A DNA stretch of 64,000 bases from assembly GCF_031277615.1 (NCBI RefSeq), contig NZ_JAITMC010000038.1; one strand, given 5' to 3'. Source of the stretch: Chryseobacterium sp. Its GTDB lineage: Bacteria > Bacteroidota > Bacteroidia > Flavobacteriales > Weeksellaceae. Made by a program: the position numbers and the translations under genes. This document shows, piece after piece, positions 28,599-37,494 of this stretch (position 1 is the stretch's first letter; each line of letters opens with the position of its first letter). The notes beneath the pieces are model-generated. The model ran no database searches. It was not told the origin of the DNA and was given only the letters and a program-made list of their open reading frames with translations.

Positions 28599-29912
28599 TT
28601 AGTATCTGTAGTATTCAGGCTTGAACGGCCCTTTTACGTCTACTCCGATGTATTCTGCCTGCTCAGGAGAAAGCGTTTCAAGCTCTACGCTTAATTTCTT
28701 AAGGTGTAAAGCTGCTACTTTCTCATCCAGGTGCTTAGGAAGCATGTATACTTCATTTTTGTAAGCTGCAGAGTTGTTCCATAGCTCGATCTGTGCCAAA
28801 GTCTGGTTAGAGAAAGAGTTGGACATTACGAAACTTGGGTGGCCGGTAGCACATCCAAGGTTTACCAGTCTTCCTTCTGCAAGGATGATGATTTCTTTTC
28901 CTTCTACGGTGTAGATATCTACCTGAGGCTTCACTTCTGATTTTGTCTGACCGTAGTTTTTGTTTAACCACGCCATATCGATTTCGTTATCGAAGTGACC
29001 GATGTTACACACGATGGCTTTATCTTTCATTTTAAGGAAGTGCTCTCCTCTTACGATGTTGAAGTTACCGGTTGTTGTGATCACGATATCTGCGTTATCT
29101 ACCACAGTATCTAATCTTTTTACTTCATAACCGTCCATTGCGGCCTGAAGCGCACAGATCGGGTCAATTTCAGTAACCGTAACGATAGAACCTGCTCCTC
29201 TGAAAGAGGCAGCGGTACCTTTACCTACGTCTCCGTATCCGCAAACGACCACTCTTTTTCCTGCCAACATGACGTCTGTGGCTCTTCTTACTGCATCTAC
29301 AGCAGATTCTTTACATCCGTATTTGTTGTCGAATTTAGATTTGGTTACCGAATCGTTTACGTTGATAGCCGGCATTACCAAAGTTCCGTTCTTCATTCTT
29401 TCGTACAGTCTGTGAACTCCGGTAGTGGTTTCTTCAGAAAGTCCTTTGATATCTTTTGTGAATTCCGGGTATTTATCAAACACCATGTTGGTAAGGTCAC
29501 CTCCATCATCAAGGATCATGTTCAGAGGTTTTCTGTCTTCCCCAAAGAATAAAGTCTGCTCAATACACCAGTCGAATTCCTCCGCATTTAAACCTTTCCA
29601 TGCGTAAACCGGGATTCCGGCAGCAGCAATAGCGGCAGCCGCGTGGTCCTGAGTAGAGAAAATATTACAAGATGACCAGGTAACTTCAGCTCCTAAGGCT
29701 ACCAATGTCTCGATAAGCACAGCCGTCTGGATCGTCATGTGAAGACATCCTGCGATTCTTGCTCCTTTAAGCGGTTGAGAGGGTCCGTATTCTTCACGGA
29801 TAGCCATCAGACCTGGCATTTCTGCTTCTGCAAGGGTAATTTCTTTTCTTCCCCATTCTGCAAGGGAGATATCCTTAACTTTATAAGGAACGTATTGTGT
29901 TGTAGTACTCAT
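28599..29912 (-). CDS. ahcY: S-adenosyl-L-homocysteine hydrolase; probable start 29912 (MSTTTQ)
   Basis: [59 protein letters not shown]. Confidence 0.99.
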   Translation of the reverse strand: MSTTTQYVPYKVKDISLAEWGRKEITLAEAEMPGLMAIREEYGPSQPLKGARIAGCLHMTIQTAVLIETLVALGAEVTWSSCNIFSTQDHAAAAIAAAGIPVYAWKGLNAEEFDWCIEQTLFFGEDRKPLNMILDDGGDLTNMVFDKYPEFTKDIKGLSEETTTGVHRLYERMKNGTLVMPAINVNDSVTKSKFDNKYGCKESAVDAVRRATDVMLAGKRVVVCGYGDVGKGTAASFRGAGSIVTVTEIDPICALQAAMDGYEVKRLDTVVDNADIVITTTGNFNIVRGEHFLKMKDKAIVCNIGHFDNEIDMAWLNKNYGQTKSEVKPQVDIYTVEGKEIIILAEGRLVNLGCATGHPSFVMSNSFSNQTLAQIELWNNSAAYKNEVYMLPKHLDEKVAALHLKKLSVELETLSPEQAEYIGVDVKGPFKPEYYRY

Positions 29913-30026
29913 ATGTAATGAATAATTTTTATTTCTGTTGATAACGAAATGCAAAATTACAATTAATAATTAAGATATAAAAACATCGTCCGGTTCTTAT
30001 GAAATGAGATGATACAGGGCTTAAAA

Positions 30027-30049
30027 TTATTTAGTCTTAATATAAATAA
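30027..30049 (+). promoter_or_regulatory. Putative Fur box
   Basis: TTATTTAGTCTTAATATAAATAA. The core 19-mer matches 15/19 to ATTTAGAATTATTCTAAAT, the Fur box I recall for Riemerella. It lies upstream of a heme-utilization-like gene. Confidence 0.55.
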
Positions 30050-30077
30050 CTATTTTTACGTGATTAATCAATATATT

Positions 30078-30611
30078 ATGGATCAAACCAATACCCAGCA
30101 CGGCGCCGAGAGAAAGGCAAAACCGGTTGCCCCAAAAGTAAAAGAGCTGATAGACGCTTCCAAAAGCATTATTCTAGCAACAGTAGATGCGGAAGGAAAT
30201 CCCAATTCAAGCTATGCTCCTTTCGTACAGATCGGCCATACGTTCTATATTCTTGTATCTTTTATGGCAAAGCATACCAAAAATCTGGCAGACGGAAGGA
30301 AAACTTCAGTGATGTTCATTGAAGATGAATCTGCCACCAAGCAAATCTATGCGCGTGAACGTTTGACGATTGAGGCCGCCGTTTCACAGATTGAAAGAGA
30401 AACGGAAATCTGGAACGAAGCGGTTGCGAAGCTTAAGGAAACACACGGAAAAGTGGTGGACGTTATTTCTGAAATGGGAGATTTTATCCTGATTGCGCTT
30501 CAGCCTGTGAAAGGTTCTTATGTAAACGGATTCGGAAGTGCTTATTTTGTGGATGAAAACCTGGAAATTCTGGAGCACAGAAATGATGTGAATCATCAGG
30601 CGAGGAGCTGA
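30078..30611 (+). CDS. Pyridoxamine-5'-phosphate-oxidase-like protein of the HutZ/HugZ heme-utilization type; probable start 30078
   Basis: LATVDAEGNPNSSYAPFV, SFMAKHTKNL, MFIEDES...IYARERLT, DFILIAL...YVNGFGSAY. Confidence 0.8.
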   Translation: MDQTNTQHGAERKAKPVAPKVKELIDASKSIILATVDAEGNPNSSYAPFVQIGHTFYILVSFMAKHTKNLADGRKTSVMFIEDESATKQIYARERLTIEAAVSQIERETEIWNEAVAKLKETHGKVVDVISEMGDFILIALQPVKGSYVNGFGSAYFVDENLEILEHRNDVNHQARS

Positions 30612-30821
30612 GAAGGGAGGAGCTGGATGAAAAGATGATGGGTGAAAGGGTGATGGAGGCGGGAGGCTTTGGATGTTAAGGTAATACCTGAAGTTCTTTT
30701 GAATGTGATATGTTTTCTGATCATAAGTTTAAAAGAAGTTGTAAAACCTTATAATTTCCATTCTCCAGCTTCCATTCCTCTTTCCCATTCTTTTTTTGTA
30801 TTTTTGCAGAATAAAAAAGCA

Positions 30822-31436
30822 ATGCCCCTTTACCGAGATTTTTCAGATGACAACGCCACCATTCTTGTGTGGAAATATGATGAGAGTGAGGAACTTGACA
30901 TCCATGAGCTTCTGGAGCCGGAAAATGCTGAAAAGGTAAAAGATTACCATCCCAAAAAGCTTCAGGAAGTCCTGATGGTCCGCAAACTGCTGAAAGGCCT
31001 GAAACCCCATTCCAAAATCCTGTATAAAGAAAGGGAACCTTTTCTTTCGCCTAAAGATGCCGAAATCTCCATTACCCATTCTTTTCCTTTTGCCGCCATT
31101 GCTATTTCCAGAAATAAAATAGGCATCGATATCGAGAAATTCAATCCCAAGATCTTAAGGGTCATTGATAAATTCACGTATGAAAATGAAAGGGGATTTA
31201 TTCCTGCCGACAAAGCGGATACCTTTTACACCATTATCTGGAGCGTAAAGGAAAGCATGTACAAGATCCACCACTCAAAATACTGGTCGCTGAAAAAAAA
31301 TTACGAAGTAAAGCCTTTCGAGCTGAAACACCTTCACAAAATAAGCTGCCGGGTATACGACGAGCAGTTCTCGGATGAGTTTAAGGCAAGAGTGGAGTTT
31401 TTTGATGATTACTGTTTTACAATTGTGGAGGAGTAG
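30822..31436 (+). CDS. 4'-phosphopantetheinyl transferase family protein; probable start 30822
   Basis: ISITHS, IGIDIEK, IIWSVKESMYK. Confidence 0.9.
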   Translation: MPLYRDFSDDNATILVWKYDESEELDIHELLEPENAEKVKDYHPKKLQEVLMVRKLLKGLKPHSKILYKEREPFLSPKDAEISITHSFPFAAIAISRNKIGIDIEKFNPKILRVIDKFTYENERGFIPADKADTFYTIIWSVKESMYKIHHSKYWSLKKNYEVKPFELKHLHKISCRVYDEQFSDEFKARVEFFDDYCFTIVEE

Positions 31437-31446
31437 AGAGGAAATC

Positions 31447-32067
31447 TTATTCAGCTTCTTCGCAGTTAACATTATTTTTACATTCGGGAAACTCTTGCTG
31501 ACTGATTATTTTTCCTGCTGGATCAAGATTTTTCCAGATACCACAGGGACATTCTGCACTTCCCTCATAACTTTCATGGGTATATTGTATTGATTTAATT
31601 GTTTTTGTGTTTTCAAAAAACTCTTTAATTTCATGGATCAGTATTTTTTCGCTGCAACTATTTCCATATTGTGTATGAAGCGTTTCTTTTATTAAAGAAC
31701 CTTTTGCATTCCAAAAAAATTCCTTTCCGGTAATGGCTATACATCCCCCGATATTTCCTTCTGTCCACTGATGTACCAACCGGTTGTTTTCATATTCATA
31801 ATGATTCTGCGGATAGTGATTGAAATTGGTTGTTTTACCCGTTAATGATCCTGTTTCAGAATAATACAGTTGTACATTTTTATGGTTTTCATGTTCTGAT
31901 AATAAGAGCTCTTTTACTTTTTTATTGGGATAATAAGAGATCTGTAAAGTATCAACGGAATCTGATACATTTTCTTTGGAGATAGAAGATGCTTTTGTAT
32001 TCTTTTTGCAAGAAAGTAAAATAAGAATTACTAAACTTATTGAAATGTTTATACTATATTTAATCAT
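31447..32067 (-). CDS. Hypothetical lipoprotein with YwqK/MORN-like short repeats; candidate orphan immunity protein
   Basis: LLSC lipobox; YYPNKKVK, YYSETGSL and CPCGIWK...GKIISQ segments; last gene of the effector cassette. Confidence 0.75.
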   Translation of the reverse strand: MIKYSINISISLVILILLSCKKNTKASSISKENVSDSVDTLQISYYPNKKVKELLLSEHENHKNVQLYYSETGSLTGKTTNFNHYPQNHYEYENNRLVHQWTEGNIGGCIAITGKEFFWNAKGSLIKETLHTQYGNSCSEKILIHEIKEFFENTKTIKSIQYTHESYEGSAECPCGIWKNLDPAGKIISQQEFPECKNNVNCEEAE

Positions 32068-32224
32068 TACTGATGTTCTTTATAGCTTTTGGGCTTGTTG
32101 AATAGTTACTTAATTATTAAGTATTTCAAACTAATTTTTATTGAAAATTATAATGACTTCAGTCTGTAAGATCTATTGATTTGCGGTAACTGTATTGATT
32201 TTTCAAGACTAAGAAATCATAGTA

Positions 32225-33112
32225 TTAATGAGAACATTGATTCCGAATTGTATTGGAATTAAATTCCTGGAACGATAATTTTCCAAAATTTTTCTCGGAA
32301 CATAAAATATTATTTTGTGTTCCGTCATTCCAATGTACATTTTCACCATACTTAGAAAGAATAATTTCGTTTAATTTCCCGTCAAATCTAAAAGTAATAT
32401 ATTTATCTGTACTATAATTATCTGGAACCTCATTTGTTAATTCAATGGTGAAAAATTGATTTTTGATAACCAGTTTTTTGAAAACATCTCCGAAATCATT
32501 AGGATATATATTTTCATTAGTTAAAATTCTATATTTTTTATTTTGTTCATTTAATAAAATTAGTATCGGTGCTACTTTCGTATTTGGATTTTGAGGGTCA
32601 ATATCATCATTATTGCCTAAAACAATAACTTTATCTGTAAATGTATCGTTATTTAGATCAGCATCTTTTTCCTCAACAGTAAAATATTTGCTTTTTGCAA
32701 TTGAATCAATAATTTTCTTTGAATCTAAATTCTTTAAGGCTGTATGTTCTTGGTGGTTAAAGAACTTTGGATATTCATTTTTAATATTTATCATATCCAG
32801 AGTTTTATACTTACCATTTTCAAAAAATATTAAATACCAAGGACTTTTAAAACTAGCAATCCTTATAAATTCATTGTTATGTTTAAATCCAATTATTTTA
32901 TTGTCTTCATAGTTTTTATAAGGAGTTTTCAAAGAGTCTAAATAACCAGATGCTTCAGAAAAATAATTATTTATATAATTTGCATTTGTAATTTCAAGAT
33001 TTCCTATAAAAGAACTATCAATGATGTTTTTATTTTCAGCTATATCTTTTTTTTGTTGACATGAAATAGGAATGAAAATGCTTATGAACAGAGATAAAAT
33101 TAAGTTTTTCAT
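32225..33112 (-). CDS. Hypothetical lipoprotein; candidate immunity protein
   Basis: ISC lipobox; DLNNDTFTDKV motif; very AT-rich; 11 nt downstream of the preceding gene. Confidence 0.8.
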   Translation of the reverse strand: MKNLILSLFISIFIPISCQQKKDIAENKNIIDSSFIGNLEITNANYINNYFSEASGYLDSLKTPYKNYEDNKIIGFKHNNEFIRIASFKSPWYLIFFENGKYKTLDMINIKNEYPKFFNHQEHTALKNLDSKKIIDSIAKSKYFTVEEKDADLNNDTFTDKVIVLGNNDDIDPQNPNTKVAPILILLNEQNKKYRILTNENIYPNDFGDVFKKLVIKNQFFTIELTNEVPDNYSTDKYITFRFDGKLNEIILSKYGENVHWNDGTQNNILCSEKNFGKLSFQEFNSNTIRNQCSH

Positions 33113-33123
33113 TTGTATTTTCT

Positions 33124-33969
33124 TTATGGTGTAGATATTCTTACAACAGATCCGTTATGATATTCTCTTATTTTCTCAACAGGACCATTAGGAGAAATAT
33201 TCCATTCTTTATTTCTTAGGCCGTTATTATAATCACCATCCATCCATATGGAGGTATTATATTCAAAAGAGTATCTTTTTTCTTCCCAATGACCATTTTT
33301 TAAATGATTTCTAACCTCACCTTTTTCCTGATATTCATATGTATTGCTCTCATTCTTGTCCCAATTTTTATTTACTTTTTCATTATTTTTTATAAAATAG
33401 TCCAAAAACATATTTTTATCGATTAAATATTGATAGCGTTTAGATTCTTTTTTGCTTTTCTCTAAAACGATATTTAAAATATTGGTTTTGTCAACATTAG
33501 AAAATCTTTTATAAAGTTCTTCGGAGTATAAATTTTCATAAACAACTATTGAAGATTGATCATTGATAGCTGCATCTAAATTCTTTGAGACAAGTAAAAT
33601 AGCTTCATACTTAGCATCCTCATACTTTATTTTAATACAGAATGAATTGAAACTCTGATTATTAATGATATAATCTTTATAAGAATAAAATTTGATAAGA
33701 TTTTCATTTTCAGCAAGAAATGCATCCCACATATAAGGCCTTTCAAAATCCCTTTCGAGTGCCTTTTTATAAATTATTACAAGTTTTTCCTTTGTTGTAT
33801 TAAGAATTTCTTTTCCAACCAATGCTTCATCTATTGATATGAAATTAGGGTTGTTTGGCTTATTTTGAGATATATTATTATCTAGTGAAATATCAGAAAA
33901 TTTTTCTTTCTGTTCACCTTTACAGCAGTTAATTATTAATATAATAATTAATAAAAAAAGATTTTTCAT
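33124..33969 (-). CDS. Hypothetical lipoprotein; candidate cognate immunity protein
   Basis: INCC lipobox; C-terminal KGEVRNHLKNGHW...GDYNNGLRNKEW repeats; starts 5 nt after the effector stop; very AT-rich. Confidence 0.8.
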   Translation of the reverse strand: MKNLFLLIIILIINCCKGEQKEKFSDISLDNNISQNKPNNPNFISIDEALVGKEILNTTKEKLVIIYKKALERDFERPYMWDAFLAENENLIKFYSYKDYIINNQSFNSFCIKIKYEDAKYEAILLVSKNLDAAINDQSSIVVYENLYSEELYKRFSNVDKTNILNIVLEKSKKESKRYQYLIDKNMFLDYFIKNNEKVNKNWDKNESNTYEYQEKGEVRNHLKNGHWEEKRYSFEYNTSIWMDGDYNNGLRNKEWNISPNGPVEKIREYHNGSVVRISTP

Positions 33970-33974
33970 GAATT

Positions 33975-36671
33975 TTATAATTGTTTTAATTTTGGTGTGA
34001 AAGTTTGGACATGTAAGTGATCATGATGATCTTCAAACTTAATTGCATGATTTAATATTTTTCCATTATATTTCCATGATAAGATACCTTTCCAACCATA
34101 TTTGTAAAGTGCATCATTGAAATTATTTTGTCGGTTTTCATCCATACCTTTCCAACCGCAAGGATCTCCTTTTTCATCATCTAAGTTAAGATGAACTTTC
34201 CTACCTGATTTGTCTTTTCTTAAATATCTTAGATCACCATTCATACCATTTTTATGAGATTTACTTCCTCCAATAGATTCACCTCTTTCATTACTAAAGC
34301 CATTGAAAGTATAATCTTCATAACTACAATCTAGCATGGCCCCTAGTAATGCAGCTAAGGAAACATCATTCATATAATAACGATTGGTGTTTATGTCTAA
34401 CGTAAATTTAATTGGACCATTTTTATAATTTTTTAAGGATCGAATATCAATTAAATATACATTATTTCCTTTTATTCGGTCTTTATAAAGATCACCATAA
34501 ATATTTTTAATTTTATTTAATTTATACTTACCTAGAGTATGAATTTTTCCTGTTTTGTCATGATAAAAGTATTCGGAAACTTCTCTTTTTTCATTCTGTA
34601 TTTTATAATTTATTTCTCCGGTTGAAGCCATTATATGAAATTGTATATCAGCATTTGATACATTGGAAGGTATTGCAATAGAACTTTTACATCTATCGGT
34701 TTCTAAAATAAGTTTTATTTTATTTAATATTTCTGTTTTTGCTACTAAATCTAACGTTGTGCCATGAACTAATCTGGTGACTTCTTTAAAATCTCCTTGT
34801 CTTGCAACCTCATTAATATCTTTTTCCGATCCATCTTTTAATAGGACACCATATTTCCAAAACCATCCTGCAGATCTTACCATTAAATCTAAGTCATTTA
34901 ACAATAAATCGGGATTTGATATTAAATCCTTACTAACATATTTTCCAAATCTTCTATAACCTTTTTTTCTCGTTATTTGTATTAAGCCTCGACCTCTGAA
35001 TTTATACCCATCACCTGATAATTCGTTTCCATTTTCAGCAATATTTCTGTATACATAATTTCCTAGCTTTTCAGGATCTCTAAAGTATAATTTAGGAATA
35101 CTATATAAATTTGGGTGGCTATCTTTTTTCCAATAGGTATGAAGAGCTTGCTCTGAAGTATAATATAGATTTTCATCTATTCGCGAAAAGTAACCAGTTT
35201 CTTTTGTTATTTGCGCTAAGAAAAAAGCTTTTTTTATACATGTATCTATTTTGAATTCAATAAGAGTTTCATTTAAGGCATTAATAAATTGTTGAATAGT
35301 TGTTGATGAAAGATTATTTTTTCCAGAAGTAAATAATTTCCTTACGTCTGGATATATTTTAGTAAATTCACTTAATGTAATTGATTTTTTACAGTTGCGA
35401 CATTCATTGTTCTTTAGATTCTGTGATTTCTGCATTTTCTCCACTCCCGTCGCACTTCTCACTTTCTCCACTTCCAGAAGCCCTTCCGAAGTTAGTCCAA
35501 ATTTTTGAGACTGAGCAGCAAGGTCTTTGGAAATAATTTCGATAAAATAGTTCTGGCTTTTTGCATCAGGATCCTGGGGAAGAAAGGATATTCCTTTTTT
35601 GAAGGCGCTTTCGGTAATATGAAAGGGTGGGAGAGTGTCACAAAGATCGCCCGGGATCTTAAAGACAGAGCTTCTGTAAATTTCATCATGTGAAGCGGCA
35701 TCATATTCCCAGATTACATATTGTACATGTTTTCCAACCATATTTTTGGAATAGATCCTGACATATACTTTATCGCCAACAGCTACTTGCGAGAGTTCTT
35801 TTCCGGTGCTGTCTACAAATAAGGCTTCTATGATATTGCCGGTAGGATCAGGTTGTTTGGGCGCTTTTCCTGGTCCTATGGGGAATTTTGGGGTGCTTTT
35901 CTGGGGTTGAGGTTTAAGCAGGCTTGGTGGCTGGTCTGTTTTATGATCGGGGTTGTTTACCTGTACATTGGCTTGGCTGGCTCCTTGTATTTTCCCTGAA
36001 TAGCTGGCAGTCACGTAATATTCATGGCTGGCTCCCTCATCCTGATCTCCTTTCATTGTAAAGGCATCAGCCATTTTTCTGAGAATGCGTTCATCAGCCA
36101 TCAGGGGAATCGGTACTTCTGCAATCCCTTTAGGGTTTACTCTGGCCTTATAGGTCCGGGGATGAAAGTTATTTTTGTTTACAATAGGATCATGGCCGTG
36201 TCCCGGTGCATCATCTTCCCAGAGATGAAATTCTATTTCTTTGTTGAACATGGCGATACAATGAGCCTGCGCAATAAGGGTATCACGGTAGCCGGCTTTG
36301 TTCACGTTTTTTGAACCTCTGTTAAAAAGAATTACCTTTTCTATTTTGGATACTTTACTGCCTGTCGGAACTAAAGTTAATGTGCCTGTCAATTGCCTGG
36401 TGGCCGGCATTCCAGGTAGTATACCCTGTTGGTTTTCGTAGACTTTCATCTGAAACTCTATCCCCAAGGCCGGCTCTCCAAACCGGTAGCTTACTTTCAC
36501 CCCGGTTTTGGGTGTTCCGGTGATGTCTTTCCAGGTTCCGTTTTTCTGCTTTTTATAAAGATACCACTCATAATGACCTTTTAAACAGCTTAAAAGACCA
36601 GAGGGCGTTACTTCATAGTGGTATGTTGTTCCCGTTAAGGGATTTTGATGACCAATAATATTTCCTGTCAT
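33975..36671 (-). CDS. Putative polymorphic antibacterial effector: conserved N-terminal region + GH19 lysozyme-like domain + LAS/M15-type Zn peptidase
   Basis: No signal peptide. GH19 motifs FLAQITKETG, GDGYKFRGRGLIQITR, NPDLL, SAGWFW, VTRLVHG. LAS motifs SHKNGMNGD (H-x6-D) and HHDHLH (HxH). Confidence 0.82.
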   Translation of the reverse strand: MTGNIIGHQNPLTGTTYHYEVTPSGLLSCLKGHYEWYLYKKQKNGTWKDITGTPKTGVKVSYRFGEPALGIEFQMKVYENQQGILPGMPATRQLTGTLTLVPTGSKVSKIEKVILFNRGSKNVNKAGYRDTLIAQAHCIAMFNKEIEFHLWEDDAPGHGHDPIVNKNNFHPRTYKARVNPKGIAEVPIPLMADERILRKMADAFTMKGDQDEGASHEYYVTASYSGKIQGASQANVQVNNPDHKTDQPPSLLKPQPQKSTPKFPIGPGKAPKQPDPTGNIIEALFVDSTGKELSQVAVGDKVYVRIYSKNMVGKHVQYVIWEYDAASHDEIYRSSVFKIPGDLCDTLPPFHITESAFKKGISFLPQDPDAKSQNYFIEIISKDLAAQSQKFGLTSEGLLEVEKVRSATGVEKMQKSQNLKNNECRNCKKSITLSEFTKIYPDVRKLFTSGKNNLSSTTIQQFINALNETLIEFKIDTCIKKAFFLAQITKETGYFSRIDENLYYTSEQALHTYWKKDSHPNLYSIPKLYFRDPEKLGNYVYRNIAENGNELSGDGYKFRGRGLIQITRKKGYRRFGKYVSKDLISNPDLLLNDLDLMVRSAGWFWKYGVLLKDGSEKDINEVARQGDFKEVTRLVHGTTLDLVAKTEILNKIKLILETDRCKSSIAIPSNVSNADIQFHIMASTGEINYKIQNEKREVSEYFYHDKTGKIHTLGKYKLNKIKNIYGDLYKDRIKGNNVYLIDIRSLKNYKNGPIKFTLDINTNRYYMNDVSLAALLGAMLDCSYEDYTFNGFSNERGESIGGSKSHKNGMNGDLRYLRKDKSGRKVHLNLDDEKGDPCGWKGMDENRQNNFNDALYKYGWKGILSWKYNGKILNHAIKFEDHHDHLHVQTFTPKLKQL

Positions 36672-36674
36672 TGT

Positions 36675-37493
36675 TTAAGTGTAATAAAGTTCGTCTGTTC
36701 CGTGTATATTTTCTTTGAATTCATCAAAATCTACCAGAGGATTGTAAATCTGCTGTTCATGGGTATGGGATTTAACCACCTGATTTTTTCCGATTTCACT
36801 CTGCTGTCCATGTTTCAGGATGGTGATTTTTCCTCCTGTACTGCACATCAGTTCAGAAATTTCCGTAAGGCAGCTTTTTCCCATAACTTTTACCTTTTCA
36901 TAAGGTTTCTGCCATTTTCCGGTAGGAGCATAAGTGCAAGGAAGATAGCCTCCTGCAGAGGGTTTTAGCTTACACTGTCCGAAAGGCCGGGCTTCGGGAT
37001 CAAACTGAAGATCATCTTCTGTAACGGCAAGATAGTCTTCCTGTCCGTCGGCATCGTTCCAATAGTGTTTCTGATGGCTTGTGACCTTGAATTTCGGAAA
37101 TGCAAAACCTTGGTTACACTGTACAATTCCTTTTTGGATCACAAAATATTTTCCTTCATGAGCATCGGAGCCTTTATTTTGCTCCTGATCATGTAATTTT
37201 TTAGAATTGCTTTTCTCTTTCTCTAGTTGTTCATGTCTTTGCATATTTGTACCCGAGGAAGCTTCCGTTTGTCCCTGATATCTGTGATCATCAGAAATGT
37301 TGTTGACTTCATCGGCTATCAGCAGAGGATCTTCTGGTATAAGGATTGTTTTTCCCGGGATAGGTTGCTGCATAATGTCCTCCGGAGGACAGTGAAGGTT
37401 ATGGTAGGTTTTCAGAATACCTTCATTTTTCAGTTTAAACTGTCTTGCAAGAGAGCTGAAGGTATCACCCTGCTGGATGATATAATTTTTCAT
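36675..37493 (-). CDS. LysM + DUF4280 (PAAR-like spike) protein
   Basis: N-terminal YIIQQGDTFSSLARQF (LysM). C-terminal VQCNQG...PFGQCKLKP...YLPC...KW...SELMCSTGGKITILKHGQ (DUF4280). Confidence 0.88.
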   Translation of the reverse strand: MKNYIIQQGDTFSSLARQFKLKNEGILKTYHNLHCPPEDIMQQPIPGKTILIPEDPLLIADEVNNISDDHRYQGQTEASSGTNMQRHEQLEKEKSNSKKLHDQEQNKGSDAHEGKYFVIQKGIVQCNQGFAFPKFKVTSHQKHYWNDADGQEDYLAVTEDDLQFDPEARPFGQCKLKPSAGGYLPCTYAPTGKWQKPYEKVKVMGKSCLTEISELMCSTGGKITILKHGQQSEIGKNQVVKSHTHEQQIYNPLVDFDEFKENIHGTDELYYT

Positions 37494-37494
37494 A

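Noticed and set aside
29913-30010. SAH/SAM riboswitch upstream of ahcY
   Set aside because: The leader is short and AT-rich, with a TAATTTTG -7 element close to the start codon and no recognisable aptamer
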